From an uncultured Thermoplasmatales archaeon (lineage in GTDB: Archaea > Thermoplasmatota > E2 > UBA202 > DSCA01), in the NCBI GenBank assembly GCA_964606745.1, contig CAZSHJ010000001.1, positions 18,091 through 82,090 of the forward strand: 64,000 nucleotides of DNA, in the 5' to 3' direction. The translations under genes were made by a program, and so were the position numbers. The notes below the pieces were generated by a model, which was given only the letters and a program-made list of their open reading frames with translations, did not search any database and was not told the origin of the DNA. This document shows, piece after piece, positions 28,029 to 38,686 of the stretch (its first letter is position 1; each line of letters opens with the position of its first letter).

Positions 28029-28586
28029 ATGGGATACGGTAAAGAAGAATTGCCCAGGGATGGCAAAATCCTGGAAAAAATAATAGAGATACTGATAATT
28101 ATTTTTCTCATATCTTTTTCAGTCCTGCTTGTATCCGTTTTTCGGGCACATCTTAAAGAATATGAATTCTACATACATTTCTTCTATCTGCCCATTGTAA
28201 TTTCGACATTCTGGTGGGGAAAGAAAGGGGTTGCTATATCAGCTTTTCTGGGCGTACTTTTAATTTCAACTGCCATCATATATCCAAGCGATGCAAAAGA
28301 TGTTTTTTCGGCCGTTATAGAAGCAATACTATTTTTCATTGTGTCCCTGCTGGTGAGCATTTCGAGCGACGAAAAGAGCGATGCCCTGAAAAAAGAGATG
28401 CGATTCAAACAGGATACCGCCCACTACTTCTTCAATCCAATTTGCATAGCAGAGGGAAATCTTGACCTTGCAATGAAGAATGTGCCCGAAGACACGAAAG
28501 TACTGTTGGAGAATTCACAAAAAGCGGTGCAGCGAATAAAAAAGGTGGTTGAGAACACAGTAAATACAGGAGAGATTCACGAGTGA
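28029..28586 (+). CDS. Membrane protein (DUF4118-like TM bundle) with HisKA-like helix, no ATPase domain
   Basis: HFFYLPIVISTFWWG; FKQDTAHYFFNPI H-box-like. Confidence 0.65.
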   Translation: MGYGKEELPRDGKILEKIIEILIIIFLISFSVLLVSVFRAHLKEYEFYIHFFYLPIVISTFWWGKKGVAISAFLGVLLISTAIIYPSDAKDVFSAVIEAILFFIVSLLVSISSDEKSDALKKEMRFKQDTAHYFFNPICIAEGNLDLAMKNVPEDTKVLLENSQKAVQRIKKVVENTVNTGEIHE

Positions 28587-28713
28587 GTGATATGCCAACG
28601 TTGAGTTTTGAAGCTGAAACATGGTGCCAATAGATTCAAACGATTGATGAACCAGTGAAATCAAAATTACAAACAGATGACTTCCCACCACCGGACAATC
28701 CTTTTACCATTTA

Positions 28714-30390
28714 TTACTTCTGCTGTTTCCGTATTTTAGCCCATGTATCACGCAGCCCAACGGTCCGGTTGAGAACAATCTTATCATCAGTCGTGTCCGG
28801 GTCTATGCAGAAGTAGCCCATGCGCAACAGCTGGAAATGCTCGAACGGCTTCAGGTTTTTCACTGCCGGTTCAACCTTGCATGAAGCCAGCACTTTAAGG
28901 GACTCCTGACTCAGAAAATCCTTGAAGTCCGCGTCCTTCTGCCCCGCCGGGTCCTCAACCGTGAACAACCTATCATAAAGATGGACTTTGGCATCGACAG
29001 TATTCGCAGCGGATACCCAGTGAAGTGTCGTTTTCGCCCTCCGTCCGTCCGGGGCATCACCACCCCTCGTCGCAGGGTCAACGGTACACCTGAGCTCAAC
29101 CACTTTGCCCCCCTCCTTGATGAAATCCGTGCAGGTAACGAAGTATGCATTTTTGAGACGGATCTCACGTCCCGGGGCAAGACGGTAGAATTTTTTCGGC
29201 GGGTTCTCCATGAAGTCTTCCTGCTCGATATACAGTGTGCGGGAGAACGGGATTTTGCGCGTTCCCATACCGGGGTCTTCCGGATTGTTATCAATGACCA
29301 TCTCCTCCACCTCATTCTCGGGATAATTTTCTATGACCATTTTCAGGGGATGAAGAACGCCCATAAACCGCGGGGCTGTTTTGTTCAGTTCCTCTCGCAC
29401 GCAATGCTCCAGATGCTCGATGGGTATCGTACTGTTTGTCTTGGACACCCCGATTTCCCTGCAGAAATTCCTGATGGCGGCAGGCGGGTATCCCCGGCGC
29501 TTCATTCCCCTGATAGTGGGCAGGCGGGGGTCGTCCCACCCGCTGACATACCCTTCTTCCACCAGCTCCCGAAGCATGCGCTTGCTCATAACCGTATAAG
29601 TGAGATTGAGACGGGCGAATTCGATTTGCTGCGGGTGATGGATGCCGAGCTGGTCAAGAAACCAGTCATACAGGGGGCGATGGTTCTCGAACTCCAGAGT
29701 GCAGACGGAATGGGTTATACCTTCTATTGAATCCTCCAGACCGTGGGCCCAGTCGTATGTCGGGTAGATACACCATTTGTCGCCCGTGCGGTGGTGGGAA
29801 GTATGGAGAATCCTATAGATTACAGGGTCGCGCATGTTCATGTTCGGATGAGCCATGTCGATTTTGGCACGAAGTACTCTCTCACCGTTTCCAAATTCCC
29901 CTGCCATCATACGCTCCAAGAGATTAAAGTTCTCCTCAACGGAACGGTTGCGGTATGGACTTTCTCTGCCCGGCTTTGTCAAAGTGCCGCGATACGCCCT
30001 TATATCCCCCGCCGCCATATCATCCACGTAAGCACTGCCTGCCTTCACCAGCTGGACCGCATACTCATACATTTTATCAAAATAGTCTGATGCAAAGAAG
30101 AGGCGGTCCTCCCAGTCGAACCCGAGCCACCTGATGTCCTCGATGACCGATTTCACGTATTTCTCTTCCTCCTTGGCAGGATTGGTGTCGTCAAATCGAA
30201 GGTTGCACTTGCCACCGTACTCCCCGGCAATCCCGAAGTTTAGGCAGATGGATTTGGCATGCCCAATATGCAGGTAACCGTTAGGCTCGGGCGGAAAACG
30301 GGTATGAACCCTGCCACCATACTTATCAGTACATATATCATTATTTATAATGCCCCGGATAAAATCGCTGGATTTTTCGTTGGAAGCCAT
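28714..30390 (-). CDS. glnS: Glutaminyl-tRNA synthetase (bacterial type)
   Basis: [64 protein letters not shown]. Confidence 0.93.
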   Translation of the reverse strand: MASNEKSSDFIRGIINNDICTDKYGGRVHTRFPPEPNGYLHIGHAKSICLNFGIAGEYGGKCNLRFDDTNPAKEEEKYVKSVIEDIRWLGFDWEDRLFFASDYFDKMYEYAVQLVKAGSAYVDDMAAGDIRAYRGTLTKPGRESPYRNRSVEENFNLLERMMAGEFGNGERVLRAKIDMAHPNMNMRDPVIYRILHTSHHRTGDKWCIYPTYDWAHGLEDSIEGITHSVCTLEFENHRPLYDWFLDQLGIHHPQQIEFARLNLTYTVMSKRMLRELVEEGYVSGWDDPRLPTIRGMKRRGYPPAAIRNFCREIGVSKTNSTIPIEHLEHCVREELNKTAPRFMGVLHPLKMVIENYPENEVEEMVIDNNPEDPGMGTRKIPFSRTLYIEQEDFMENPPKKFYRLAPGREIRLKNAYFVTCTDFIKEGGKVVELRCTVDPATRGGDAPDGRRAKTTLHWVSAANTVDAKVHLYDRLFTVEDPAGQKDADFKDFLSQESLKVLASCKVEPAVKNLKPFEHFQLLRMGYFCIDPDTTDDKIVLNRTVGLRDTWAKIRKQQK

Positions 30391-30864
30391 GTAATGTCAC
30401 CTATTGCATATTTATCTCCAGCCCCGTTATAAAAGTTATGGGATAAAGTACAGGAAGGTTCATCACCATAGACGCAAAAAAAATCATCAGAAAAATTCAG
30501 CATAGTGTTTACTGGACATAATATTAGAATAATTCAAAAATGTAGTATTCATCTGTGGCTTTATTACATTCTTTTATTTGCTAAGGCAAACTTTAAATTA
30601 CATTCATCGGTTCAGTATGGGATTAAATTGAAGTCTAAGTATAAAATTCCCTCAGGCGATGAAATTGTAGAGAGAAGCAAAAAATATAAATTTTTGTTGA
30701 TGGTGGGTATAGCTTTGTGCAATATAGCAATCGTTGGGATTGTGACGGAGCGCTTGGGCGGTATAATCCCCCTAACATACGTATACCTAATGGTTATGAT
30801 TTTGGGTGCACTCATTTTACTTATTGCTCGGAATTACGGATAGTTTAATATTGATAAACTCAAT

Positions 30865-31293
30865 ATGCTTAGGGAAAAAAATATATACAAACCCTTATGC
30901 AAAAAATGCCCGAATTTGAAGAAAATAGCAAAAGATAAAAACCTATTAAAATATTTAGAATCTAATTTATCAAGGTCAGAAAAACATTCACATTCAGTAT
31001 TAAAGTATAAGATTGCTGGACTTATTCAAGGATGGTGTGTTGGTAACAATAAGGAGACTTATATAAATGCAATAAATTCAGCCGCCCAGTATATCGAAGA
31101 ATTAATTAGAAGCCAGTATATACAAAAGTGGGGAGAGATAGAGAAAAGAACGAAAGAGTTTATTGTAGTAGAAATTATTGCCATAGAGTGCATAAGATAT
31201 TTTCTAGACAAGGATATTCTAACAGGTTTTTCAACATATGAGGAAGATGCCTCTGGATCAAAAATTGAAATGATATGGTATACATTTAAATGA
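30865..31293 (+). CDS. Hypothetical protein (AT-rich island)
   Basis: 142-aa ORF in AT-rich DNA; CKKC near N-terminus. Confidence 0.6.
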   Translation: MLREKNIYKPLCKKCPNLKKIAKDKNLLKYLESNLSRSEKHSHSVLKYKIAGLIQGWCVGNNKETYINAINSAAQYIEELIRSQYIQKWGEIEKRTKEFIVVEIIAIECIRYFLDKDILTGFSTYEEDASGSKIEMIWYTFK

Positions 31294-31361
31294 TGAAATA
31301 AAAAAGATAGAAAAGTATAAATTAGTGAAACATATTTCAGTATACTGAATAAAAGAATGCG

Positions 31362-31928
31362 GTGGATAATATGAAAAAAAATGTGATGATAGATAAATTT
31401 ACTGAAATCATCGAATCTTTAGTAGAAAGTATCATAAAAAATGAAGAATTATCTATTATTGGCCCATCCCAATTAAAAGATATGTTGGGAATACATTTTA
31501 ACACAGCGAAGGATTTAATCGAAGAGTTTTCTTCCATATATAATTCAATGAATAAATTGAAGGAAAGTGGTATAGAAACAATGACTGTAAAAACCCCCGC
31601 TGGTACCCCTAGGATACTTCTGCTTCCATCCATGGGGAGATTAAAAGAGTTAGAGGAAATAGAGAGAGAATTAGGCATAGAACCTGAGCCAGAAATAATA
31701 GATACTAAAGCAATAAAAAATCTCGCAATAATAGACATGTGGAAGTCCTTTCCCCCATTATCAAGGGGTGTTAACAGTTTGGTTGCTGCTAGTAGATATA
31801 AAAACCCTTATTCAGCTGTAGTTAAAGATATTGAGTTCCCTACGGGGCAGGAAACTATTGATGAACATAAGGCTTTACGTGTAGTCCCTCAAAGTATTTC
31901 AGTTGGCCAAGCTGTGGGGTACTTATAA
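31362..31928 (+). CDS. Hypothetical protein with HTH-like segment
   Basis: GPSQLKDMLGIHFNTAKDLI. Confidence 0.65.
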   Translation: MDNMKKNVMIDKFTEIIESLVESIIKNEELSIIGPSQLKDMLGIHFNTAKDLIEEFSSIYNSMNKLKESGIETMTVKTPAGTPRILLLPSMGRLKELEEIERELGIEPEPEIIDTKAIKNLAIIDMWKSFPPLSRGVNSLVAASRYKNPYSAVVKDIEFPTGQETIDEHKALRVVPQSISVGQAVGYL

Positions 31929-31962
31929 AGGAAATGTGAGGTAAAATAGGAGGAACGATAGT

Positions 31963-32607
31963 ATGGTACAAAAAAAAGTTTCAGGAAGTAAAAAAGAAAA
32001 AGAACAAATAAAAAAAGACTATAAATGCCTTTTTGAATTGTTTTCTAAAGAGGGAAAGCTGCAGGAATTTTTTTCATTATGCGAAGATCACCTTGGGGGA
32101 GATAATTTAACTCAAATAAAAATTAATGATTTTTTATTGGCTGTAAAATCAACTTATGGTGACGTTATTTTTAGAGCTATTATGAACTTAGTATCAAATA
32201 CTGCAAGTTTTGTTGACGAAATATCAAAAATAACAAAATGTAATTCAAAAAATTCAGATATCCTGAAGAGAATTTATGCTAAGATCGGATATAAAATATA
32301 CAGAAATAAACTTGTTTTTTCAGCGCCTAATAAGCTTTTCAATTTTGAAGTAGGTTATAACGTCGGTCCCGAAGACGCTGTTTACTCACAGAGCACATCT
32401 TTAGTTAATGGCAAAAATTGGATTTGCGAATTTCGCACAGAAGACATGTTAAACTTAATTAATGAATACTTGGGTTTACTATCTCTTTCCCAAAAAACAC
32501 TTAAAAAACTTAAGAGAAAAACAATAGTCGAGAATTCAGATATTGAAAAGATTGATAAAAAATTAAAAGTATTAGCTGACATTATTAAAAAACAAAAGAA
32601 AAAATAG
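31963..32607 (+). CDS. Hypothetical protein
   Basis: AGGAGG RBS; 214-aa ORF. Confidence 0.7.
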   Translation: MVQKKVSGSKKEKEQIKKDYKCLFELFSKEGKLQEFFSLCEDHLGGDNLTQIKINDFLLAVKSTYGDVIFRAIMNLVSNTASFVDEISKITKCNSKNSDILKRIYAKIGYKIYRNKLVFSAPNKLFNFEVGYNVGPEDAVYSQSTSLVNGKNWICEFRTEDMLNLINEYLGLLSLSQKTLKKLKRKTIVENSDIEKIDKKLKVLADIIKKQKKK

Positions 32608-32801
32608 AGAGCACTTAAATTAGTTATATTGGGCACTTGCTCATCGCTCACTTTTAATTCAATTGCTGCCTTCCTCTTGCTCCTTCAATCTTTCTATTCA
32701 TAGCATCAATAAACCATTTAACTTCATGAGATTTTTCCCGTGATGACCCATTTAGAGTTTTTAATCCTCACCCCCTATAAAAAAATAATACAAAAAATAT
32801 A

Positions 32802-32873
32802 CAGCCCCGACCAGATTCGAACTGGTGTCAAGGGATCCAGAGTCCCTTATGATAACCACTACACCACGGGGCT
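32802..32873 (-). tRNA. tRNA-Gln(CTG)
   Basis: Cloverleaf AGCCCCG...CT-CTG-GA...TTCGAAT...CGGGGCT-G. Confidence 0.95.
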
Positions 32874-32898
32874 ATTGACCGTTTATCCCCATTGTATT

Positions 32899-33342
32899 CT
32901 AAATATTTTCGGTTACCGTGGTAAAGCAGGTACATGTCACCGTCCTACCCACTCCCTTTATGCCCCTTAATTGGTCTACGATAAGCTGTCCTATTCCATC
33001 CATGCTTTTTCCCCTCACCTTCAATATCAAATCCCATTCACCTGAAACTATGTATACGTCCGATACGTTTTCCATTTTTGAAATTCTTTTTGCCAGTTGC
33101 CTCTGGGAAACTTCTGGGTTTGGCAAAAAGGAAATAAGGATAAATGCCGTTACGGGCAAGCCGACCTTTTCGTAATCAAGCATTACCGTAAACTTTTTTA
33201 TGATTTGATTGGCAACCATCCTATGAATTCTCTCGCCAACTGTTGTTCTCGGGAGACCGGTTTTCTTCGAAAGTTTCGTTATGGATTGGCTGGCATCCCT
33301 TTTCAGCTCTTTGATAATTATTCTATCCTTGTTATCCATCAT
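32899..33342 (-). CDS. Lrp/AsnC family regulator
   Basis: DNKDRIIIKEL...HTH; VSGEWDLILKV; divergent from asparagine synthetase. Confidence 0.93.
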   Translation of the reverse strand: MMDNKDRIIIKELKRDASQSITKLSKKTGLPRTTVGERIHRMVANQIIKKFTVMLDYEKVGLPVTAFILISFLPNPEVSQRQLAKRISKMENVSDVYIVSGEWDLILKVRGKSMDGIGQLIVDQLRGIKGVGRTVTCTCFTTVTENI

Positions 33343-33443
33343 GAAAACAAAATGACGGAAAGATATTTAAAATTTGCCTAAATTTCGTTATTTTGCCATA
33401 AAATTTGGCATAATGTTTAAATATATCTGTAAAATGTTTCAAT

Positions 33444-34403
33444 ATGGAATTGGAACTTTCTCAGGAGATGTTGGCTAAAAAAGCTGCCGACGAGTGCTAC
33501 AACAGATTATTTTCCGGCGAACTTACAAATGTGATAAAAATAAAAAGCAGTATAAGAAAGGCAATGGCAGATTTTTTGAGGGGTGAAGGATTTGTTGAAA
33601 TTTCTCCGGTAATACTTTCGCCCATTACCGACCCTCTTCGCCATGAAACACTGAACGGAAAAATTACCTACTATGGTCATTCATATACCCTGACAAAAAG
33701 TATGCTTTTACATAAACAGATGGCTTTGCTTTCATTCGAAAAAATTTTTTCGTTTTCCCCTAATGTAAGACTTGAGACAGCAGAAAAAAAGGAAACGGGA
33801 AAACACCTCTTCGAGTTCACCCAGCTGGATTTGGAGATGAGGCATGCATCGCGTGAGGAAGTAATGGAACTGGCCGAAAGGCTGCTGGTTCATGTATTCC
33901 GGAATATTAAAAAAACCTGCAGGGAAGAATTATCAAAGCTTGGAAGAGAGTTGAGAGTGCCATCCAGACCGTTTAAGAGAATACAGTTTGGGCAGGCATA
34001 TAAAATATATGGAAAAGAGTTCGAAGCAACCCTATCAAATGGAGCGAAGGAGCCGTTCTGGATTGTTGATTTTCCGATACAGGAAAGAGAGTTTTATGAT
34101 AAGGAGTCCGAACACAGACCCGGGATTCTGAAAGATATGGACATGATATATCCTGAAGGATATGGAGAAGGACTTTCCGGTGGCGAGAGGGAATATGAGT
34201 ATGGCAAAGTTAAGGATAGGATAGAAGCAAATGAAGTGGATTTCTCTGTCTATTTGCCATATCTCGAAATCGTGAAAAGAGGAATACACCCTTCTGCAGG
34301 ATTTGGCATCGGGCTTGAGAGACTTGTGAGATTCATATGCAGACTGGAGGATTTGAGGGAAGCAACGCTTTTCCCCAAGATTCCCGGGGAATATTGTATA
34401 TGA
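33444..34403 (+). CDS. asnA: Archaeal asparagine synthetase A (AsnRS catalytic-domain paralog)
   Basis: Class II aaRS core without anticodon domain: SPITDPL, LTKSMLLHKQ, SPNVRLE, HLFEFTQLD, SAGFGIGLERL. Confidence 0.85.
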   Translation: MELELSQEMLAKKAADECYNRLFSGELTNVIKIKSSIRKAMADFLRGEGFVEISPVILSPITDPLRHETLNGKITYYGHSYTLTKSMLLHKQMALLSFEKIFSFSPNVRLETAEKKETGKHLFEFTQLDLEMRHASREEVMELAERLLVHVFRNIKKTCREELSKLGRELRVPSRPFKRIQFGQAYKIYGKEFEATLSNGAKEPFWIVDFPIQEREFYDKESEHRPGILKDMDMIYPEGYGEGLSGGEREYEYGKVKDRIEANEVDFSVYLPYLEIVKRGIHPSAGFGIGLERLVRFICRLEDLREATLFPKIPGEYCI

Positions 34404-34422
34404 TAAATCTCCAGCACATATC

Positions 34423-35241
34423 TTATCTTTTGATAATGATTATGATAAAATATAGAGAGGTTGCTATTAAGGCCGCCACCGCCCCGGGCGAAACGGGGAA
34501 AAAGAACGAAACCAGTATGCCCATCAGCCCGCCGAGAAGGGCAAAAATGAATGATATGAACAGTATACGAGTAATACCGCCTGCGACTTCGTTTGCCGCT
34601 GCGGCTGGGGCCACCAGCATGGCAAAGACAAGTATGGCACCCACTCCCTTGAGTATGACAACGACAGATACCGCTATCAATAGCAATATTAGATAATTGA
34701 AACGCTGGGCTTTTATCCCGTAGGCCATGGCCCCCTCCATGTCAAACGACACGAACAGGAATTCCCGGTAGAATACGACGGCGAAGATGATTACCACGAT
34801 AGTTATCACGGCCATCAAGGCAATATCCTGGTTTGTCAGGAGAAGCAAATCGCCGAACAGAAGCCCCCAGACTCTTGCAGCCTGTTCCCTTATGAGCGAG
34901 ATGAAAAGAACGGCAAGCGACATCGACATGGCAAAGGATATCCCTATCGCCGTGTTCACCTGTTCCTTATTTCCTTTCCGTGATGCATAACCTGCAGCAA
35001 GAGCGGTCAGGGCCGCAAATATGATGCCTCCGATAATGGGATTGAAAGACAGTATGCCGTATACTTCCAGGATTATGGCAAAGGCTGCACCTGCCAATGC
35101 GGCGTGGGCGGCGCCTGCCACCAGGAAGGAAACATCTTTGAATACCGTGAAAGAACCAGCTATGGCAGCATTGACGGCAAGAAGGAATATTGCTATGATT
35201 GCCCTGATGATATAAGGGCTCAAAGAGATTGCATCAACCAT
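34423..35241 (-). CDS. Mn/Zn/Fe ABC transporter permease
   Basis: AHAALAG, LFGDLL, SFDMEGA, VGAILVFAMLVAPAA. Confidence 0.92.
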   Translation of the reverse strand: MVDAISLSPYIIRAIIAIFLLAVNAAIAGSFTVFKDVSFLVAGAAHAALAGAAFAIILEVYGILSFNPIIGGIIFAALTALAAGYASRKGNKEQVNTAIGISFAMSMSLAVLFISLIREQAARVWGLLFGDLLLLTNQDIALMAVITIVVIIFAVVFYREFLFVSFDMEGAMAYGIKAQRFNYLILLLIAVSVVVILKGVGAILVFAMLVAPAAAANEVAGGITRILFISFIFALLGGLMGILVSFFFPVSPGAVAALIATSLYFIIIIIKR

Positions 35242-36004
35242 GGGTATCACCAAGCAGCGGGTGACAATAACCTTCTTCACATTCGACAATTTGGATTGAA
35301 GCACCGTACGCCTCCATTAAATTTTCTGTTGTAAGAACTTCTTTCGGGGTACCAAAAGCAATTGCCTTTTTATTCAAAAGCAGCACTTTGTCTATGTAAT
35401 GTACGATGGGATTTATATTGTGGACGACTATAATGGTGGTCATCTTCCTGCTGCCCAGGGACTCCAGGATTTTATTCCTGCTAGGTATGTCAACGCCGTT
35501 GAATGGCTCGTCAAGAATCAGGATTTCAGGCCGGACGGCAAGCGCCCTTGCAAACATGACACGCTGCTGCTGCCCCCCGCTCAACTCGCTGAATTTCTTG
35601 TTCCACAGGTGAAGAAGATCAACGCTTTCCAGTGATTCCTTTGCAACGGATATGTCTTTTCCGCCCAAAAAATCCAGTCTCTTTTTTTTGGCTGTCAGTC
35701 CCATCAATACAACATCCTTCACCTCTATGGGAATTTTTTTTGCTATGCTTTCTCTCTGGGGCATGTATCCGATGCGCTGCTGCACTCTTTCCTTTTCCAG
35801 AACTGGACCCATTCCGAAAATTTTTACGGTGCCCTTTTTAGGGTTAAGCAAACCCAGTATGATCTTCATGAGGGTGCTTTTGCCGGAAGCATTGGGCCCC
35901 ATCACCGCCACAAACTCACCCTCCTCTGCATTGAAAGTCACACCCGCCAAGGCCTCCCCCGTACCATAGGAAAAATATATCCCATTTGCTTCTATCACGC
36001 TCAT
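35234..36004 (-). CDS. Mn/Zn/Fe ABC transporter ATPase
   Basis: GPNASGKST, IGYMPQ, LSGGQQQR, LDEP. Confidence 0.95.
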   Translation of the reverse strand: MSVIEANGIYFSYGTGEALAGVTFNAEEGEFVAVMGPNASGKSTLMKIILGLLNPKKGTVKIFGMGPVLEKERVQQRIGYMPQRESIAKKIPIEVKDVVLMGLTAKKKRLDFLGGKDISVAKESLESVDLLHLWNKKFSELSGGQQQRVMFARALAVRPEILILDEPFNGVDIPSRNKILESLGSRKMTTIIVVHNINPIVHYIDKVLLLNKKAIAFGTPKEVLTTENLMEAYGASIQIVECEEGYCHPLLGDTHG

Positions 36005-37014
36005 TTTTCATACCTCCTGTAAAGCCTGTATATGACAAAAAGTTGCAAAACGATGAATAAAAGCAGAGATATAATAACAGGAATGAGATATGTGTTGCAG
36101 GTTTCTTGGGTTGCATTACTCTCATGAGCAAGGCTCGTAAGTTCCATGGCATTGTGGTAACAGTCGTTCACGTATGAATCACCACTGCCTGCCATTGAAA
36201 ATTTCACATACACCACCTCTGTACCTGTGTCCTCGGCAATCTGCCTTGCTAATTCTCCCGCCTTTGCTTCCCTCATGAATTCGGGCACCGCAATTCCACT
36301 GTATTCGCCGCTTTCCAGTTTATTCTCTATATCCCCGATTTCCCTGCCGCTTGCAAATCCCAAGCCCTCGGCCATGATAACGGCCCCCACATACATCCCT
36401 GTATTCCCGATTATGTAACACACACCAGGCACAGCTGCAACGATTTTCATACCGTAAACGCCCTGCTCAACTCCTATTTCATGAATATCCCTTTCCGCTC
36501 CTGTAATCTCCAGTTTTAACCGAGCAAAGGATGAATTGAAGTATTCCTGCTCTTCGGGGCAAAGATTTGAAAGATCATCCTTTATTTTTTCGGCGATTGC
36601 AAGGGCATTGCCAAATTTAAGCCAGTATCCGTGGGGATTGGCATCATAGCCGGGAAAAGCGTCGAGAGTGACATTGTAGTCGTCAAAATCGAGATATCGC
36701 TTTTCGGGATTGCCCTTCCTTATATTGTCCTCATACGAAAGGAGATGGGAATTTGCAAGAACTATCAAATCTGCATTTTCGATATCCTTTATCGTATCCT
36801 GCGTTATATAGAAGCTATGGGGGTCGCTCCCCGGGGACAGTATCGAATTCACCTCTACAAATGAACCGCCGACGGTCTCTACAAGGGGCAGAAAATCGGA
36901 TACGGATACTAACACTTTTATTTTCTCTCCGTCATTGGCCATGCCTGCCGAGAAGGATGGAACAAAAATCAACACCGTCATCATAACCGCCACTATAACG
37001 CCCGGATGTTTCAT
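36001..37014 (-). CDS. Metal ABC transporter substrate-binding protein (ZnuA/TroA-like)
   Basis: PGSDPHSF, NPHGYWL; signal peptide and C-terminal anchor. Confidence 0.9.
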   Translation of the reverse strand: MKHPGVIVAVMMTVLIFVPSFSAGMANDGEKIKVLVSVSDFLPLVETVGGSFVEVNSILSPGSDPHSFYITQDTIKDIENADLIVLANSHLLSYEDNIRKGNPEKRYLDFDDYNVTLDAFPGYDANPHGYWLKFGNALAIAEKIKDDLSNLCPEEQEYFNSSFARLKLEITGAERDIHEIGVEQGVYGMKIVAAVPGVCYIIGNTGMYVGAVIMAEGLGFASGREIGDIENKLESGEYSGIAVPEFMREAKAGELARQIAEDTGTEVVYVKFSMAGSGDSYVNDCYHNAMELTSLAHESNATQETCNTYLIPVIISLLLFIVLQLFVIYRLYRRYEK

Positions 37015-37412
37015 CGTTCCACCTCTGGTATTTCATTTCCGCAGGGGCATAAACGGCGACCGTCATATTTCTTTTCAAGGGCAGCACTCATTTTCTCCCC
37101 GACAAAAGCATCTATGTTGCCCGCCTCCCTGCATGCTTCGCATGGAGACAAACCAAACGTGTCAACAATCAGGCATTCGATCAGGCGGTGCCGCCGCATA
37201 AGTTTTTTTGCGATTTTCCTTCCTTGCTCGCCTATAACGAAACCTTTATTCTTCAGATATATGCCATAGTTCCTCTTCACAAGTTTCTGAAGGGCCTGGT
37301 ATGCCGTTGTTTTATTCACACCGATGGTTTTTCCAATATAAGTTGGCCCTACAACAGGTATGCCTTTTTCATATGCCCTGTATGCCTCCTTCAAATATTT
37401 TGACTCTACCAT
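37011..37412 (-). CDS. DtxR/MntR family metal-dependent regulator
   Basis: YLKEAY, RRHRLIE, CPCGNEIP. Confidence 0.9.
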   Translation of the reverse strand: MVESKYLKEAYRAYEKGIPVVGPTYIGKTIGVNKTTAYQALQKLVKRNYGIYLKNKGFVIGEQGRKIAKKLMRRHRLIECLIVDTFGLSPCEACREAGNIDAFVGEKMSAALEKKYDGRRLCPCGNEIPEVER

Positions 37413-37430
37413 GTTTTATCCATCAAACCT

Positions 37431-37448
37431 TGTTTGGTTAAGCAAACA
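37431..37448. promoter_or_regulatory. Palindromic operator, probably for the DtxR-family regulator
   Basis: TGTTTG-G-TTAA-G-CAAACA between the minus-strand TTTAAATA box and the regulator start. Confidence 0.6.
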
Positions 37449-37480
37449 TAGATATTTAAAGTTTTTCTATCTCACGGGGT

Positions 37481-37840
37481 ATGGCACAGATACAGGTATT
37501 CGAATACTGTTTCAGCGGAGGGGAGATGGCGGCTGCCGGGTCTAATCACCCGCATGAACTTCCGGACTGGAAGTACAATGAGGAAAGCAGGGTTTTTGTA
37601 ATATTTGTTTACGATGAAAATAAAAACGGAGCTAAGGCAACCGTCGAGGCTGATTTTTCCCCGTGCATAATAAAAGGATGGAAAATATACCACCTGGAAA
37701 AGGTAAGGCTGACGGAAGGCGGAATGTTTAACGATAGGAAGGCAACTTTCTCCATCAGGGGCATGGAAAAAAATGAAAGGCAAAGAATAGATATTCTGAT
37801 ATGGGGCCCACCGGAGAAAGTGAGGATTGAGGTAAAGTGA
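37481..37840 (+). CDS. Hypothetical protein
   Basis: 119-aa ORF divergent from the metal operon. Confidence 0.6.
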   Translation: MAQIQVFEYCFSGGEMAAAGSNHPHELPDWKYNEESRVFVIFVYDENKNGAKATVEADFSPCIIKGWKIYHLEKVRLTEGGMFNDRKATFSIRGMEKNERQRIDILIWGPPEKVRIEVK

Positions 37841-37972
37841 AAATGGAGGAATAAGAAAAGAGAGATTAAAAAGGAAAAGCCATTCAATCAATTTGTAAAA
37901 ATTTTTTGAATTGAGTTAAAGTCCTTTACAAATCAATTTTATATATTTTAGGTAAATGCTCCTGCATATACT

Positions 37973-38686
37973 ATGATATCGGAAGTTAAAGAAAGGGGAA
38001 TACATCTCGGTATAATACCCGACGGCAGCAGGCGCTGGGCGAGGATAAATGGAATTAAGGATTACGATGGTAGGCAGTCCGGGGAGGTCATAGACAATAT
38101 AGTGAAGTGTGTATTTGAGAAGCACCCGGAAGTGAGCAATCTCTCCATATGGGCATTGTCACCCGAGAATCTGCAAAGACCTGAAGGAGATAGGGAGCTT
38201 GTTTACAGGCTGCTTAAAAGGAAGATAAAAGACCTCCTGCGTAATCCGGGAATTTCCAAGGGGAAAATAAAGGTAAACATCGTCGGGTCGAGATTGGGGG
38301 AAATGCCGCAGGAAATAAGGGAGCTGGCACATGATATCGTTTCAAAGACAAAGAACCATAAAGGCAGGACGCTTAACATATGCATCGGATACGGGGGTAA
38401 GGAAGAAATACTCAACGCTGTGACGGCGGCGTCGAAATGGCTCAGGAAGAACCCCGCGATAACAAATCTGCATGCGAATGTCTTCGAGAAGTTTTTGATG
38501 ATACCCGAGCCCTTGGACATTGTGATTAGAACAGGTGGTGGGAAGAGGCTTTCAGGGTTCATGCTTTACCAAATTGAGTATGCAGAACTCTTTTTCATGG
38601 ACACTTTGTGGCCAGACTTCACCCCAAGAGATCTTGATAACATAATGAATGAATTCTTAAACAGGGAGAGGCGGTTCGGCAAATAA
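37973..38686 (+). CDS. uppS: cis-prenyltransferase (undecaprenyl diphosphate synthase family)
   Basis: HLGIIPDGSRRWAR, SPENLQR, YGGKEEI, RTGGGKRLSGF, WPDF. Confidence 0.92.
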   Translation: MISEVKERGIHLGIIPDGSRRWARINGIKDYDGRQSGEVIDNIVKCVFEKHPEVSNLSIWALSPENLQRPEGDRELVYRLLKRKIKDLLRNPGISKGKIKVNIVGSRLGEMPQEIRELAHDIVSKTKNHKGRTLNICIGYGGKEEILNAVTAASKWLRKNPAITNLHANVFEKFLMIPEPLDIVIRTGGGKRLSGFMLYQIEYAELFFMDTLWPDFTPRDLDNIMNEFLNRERRFGK

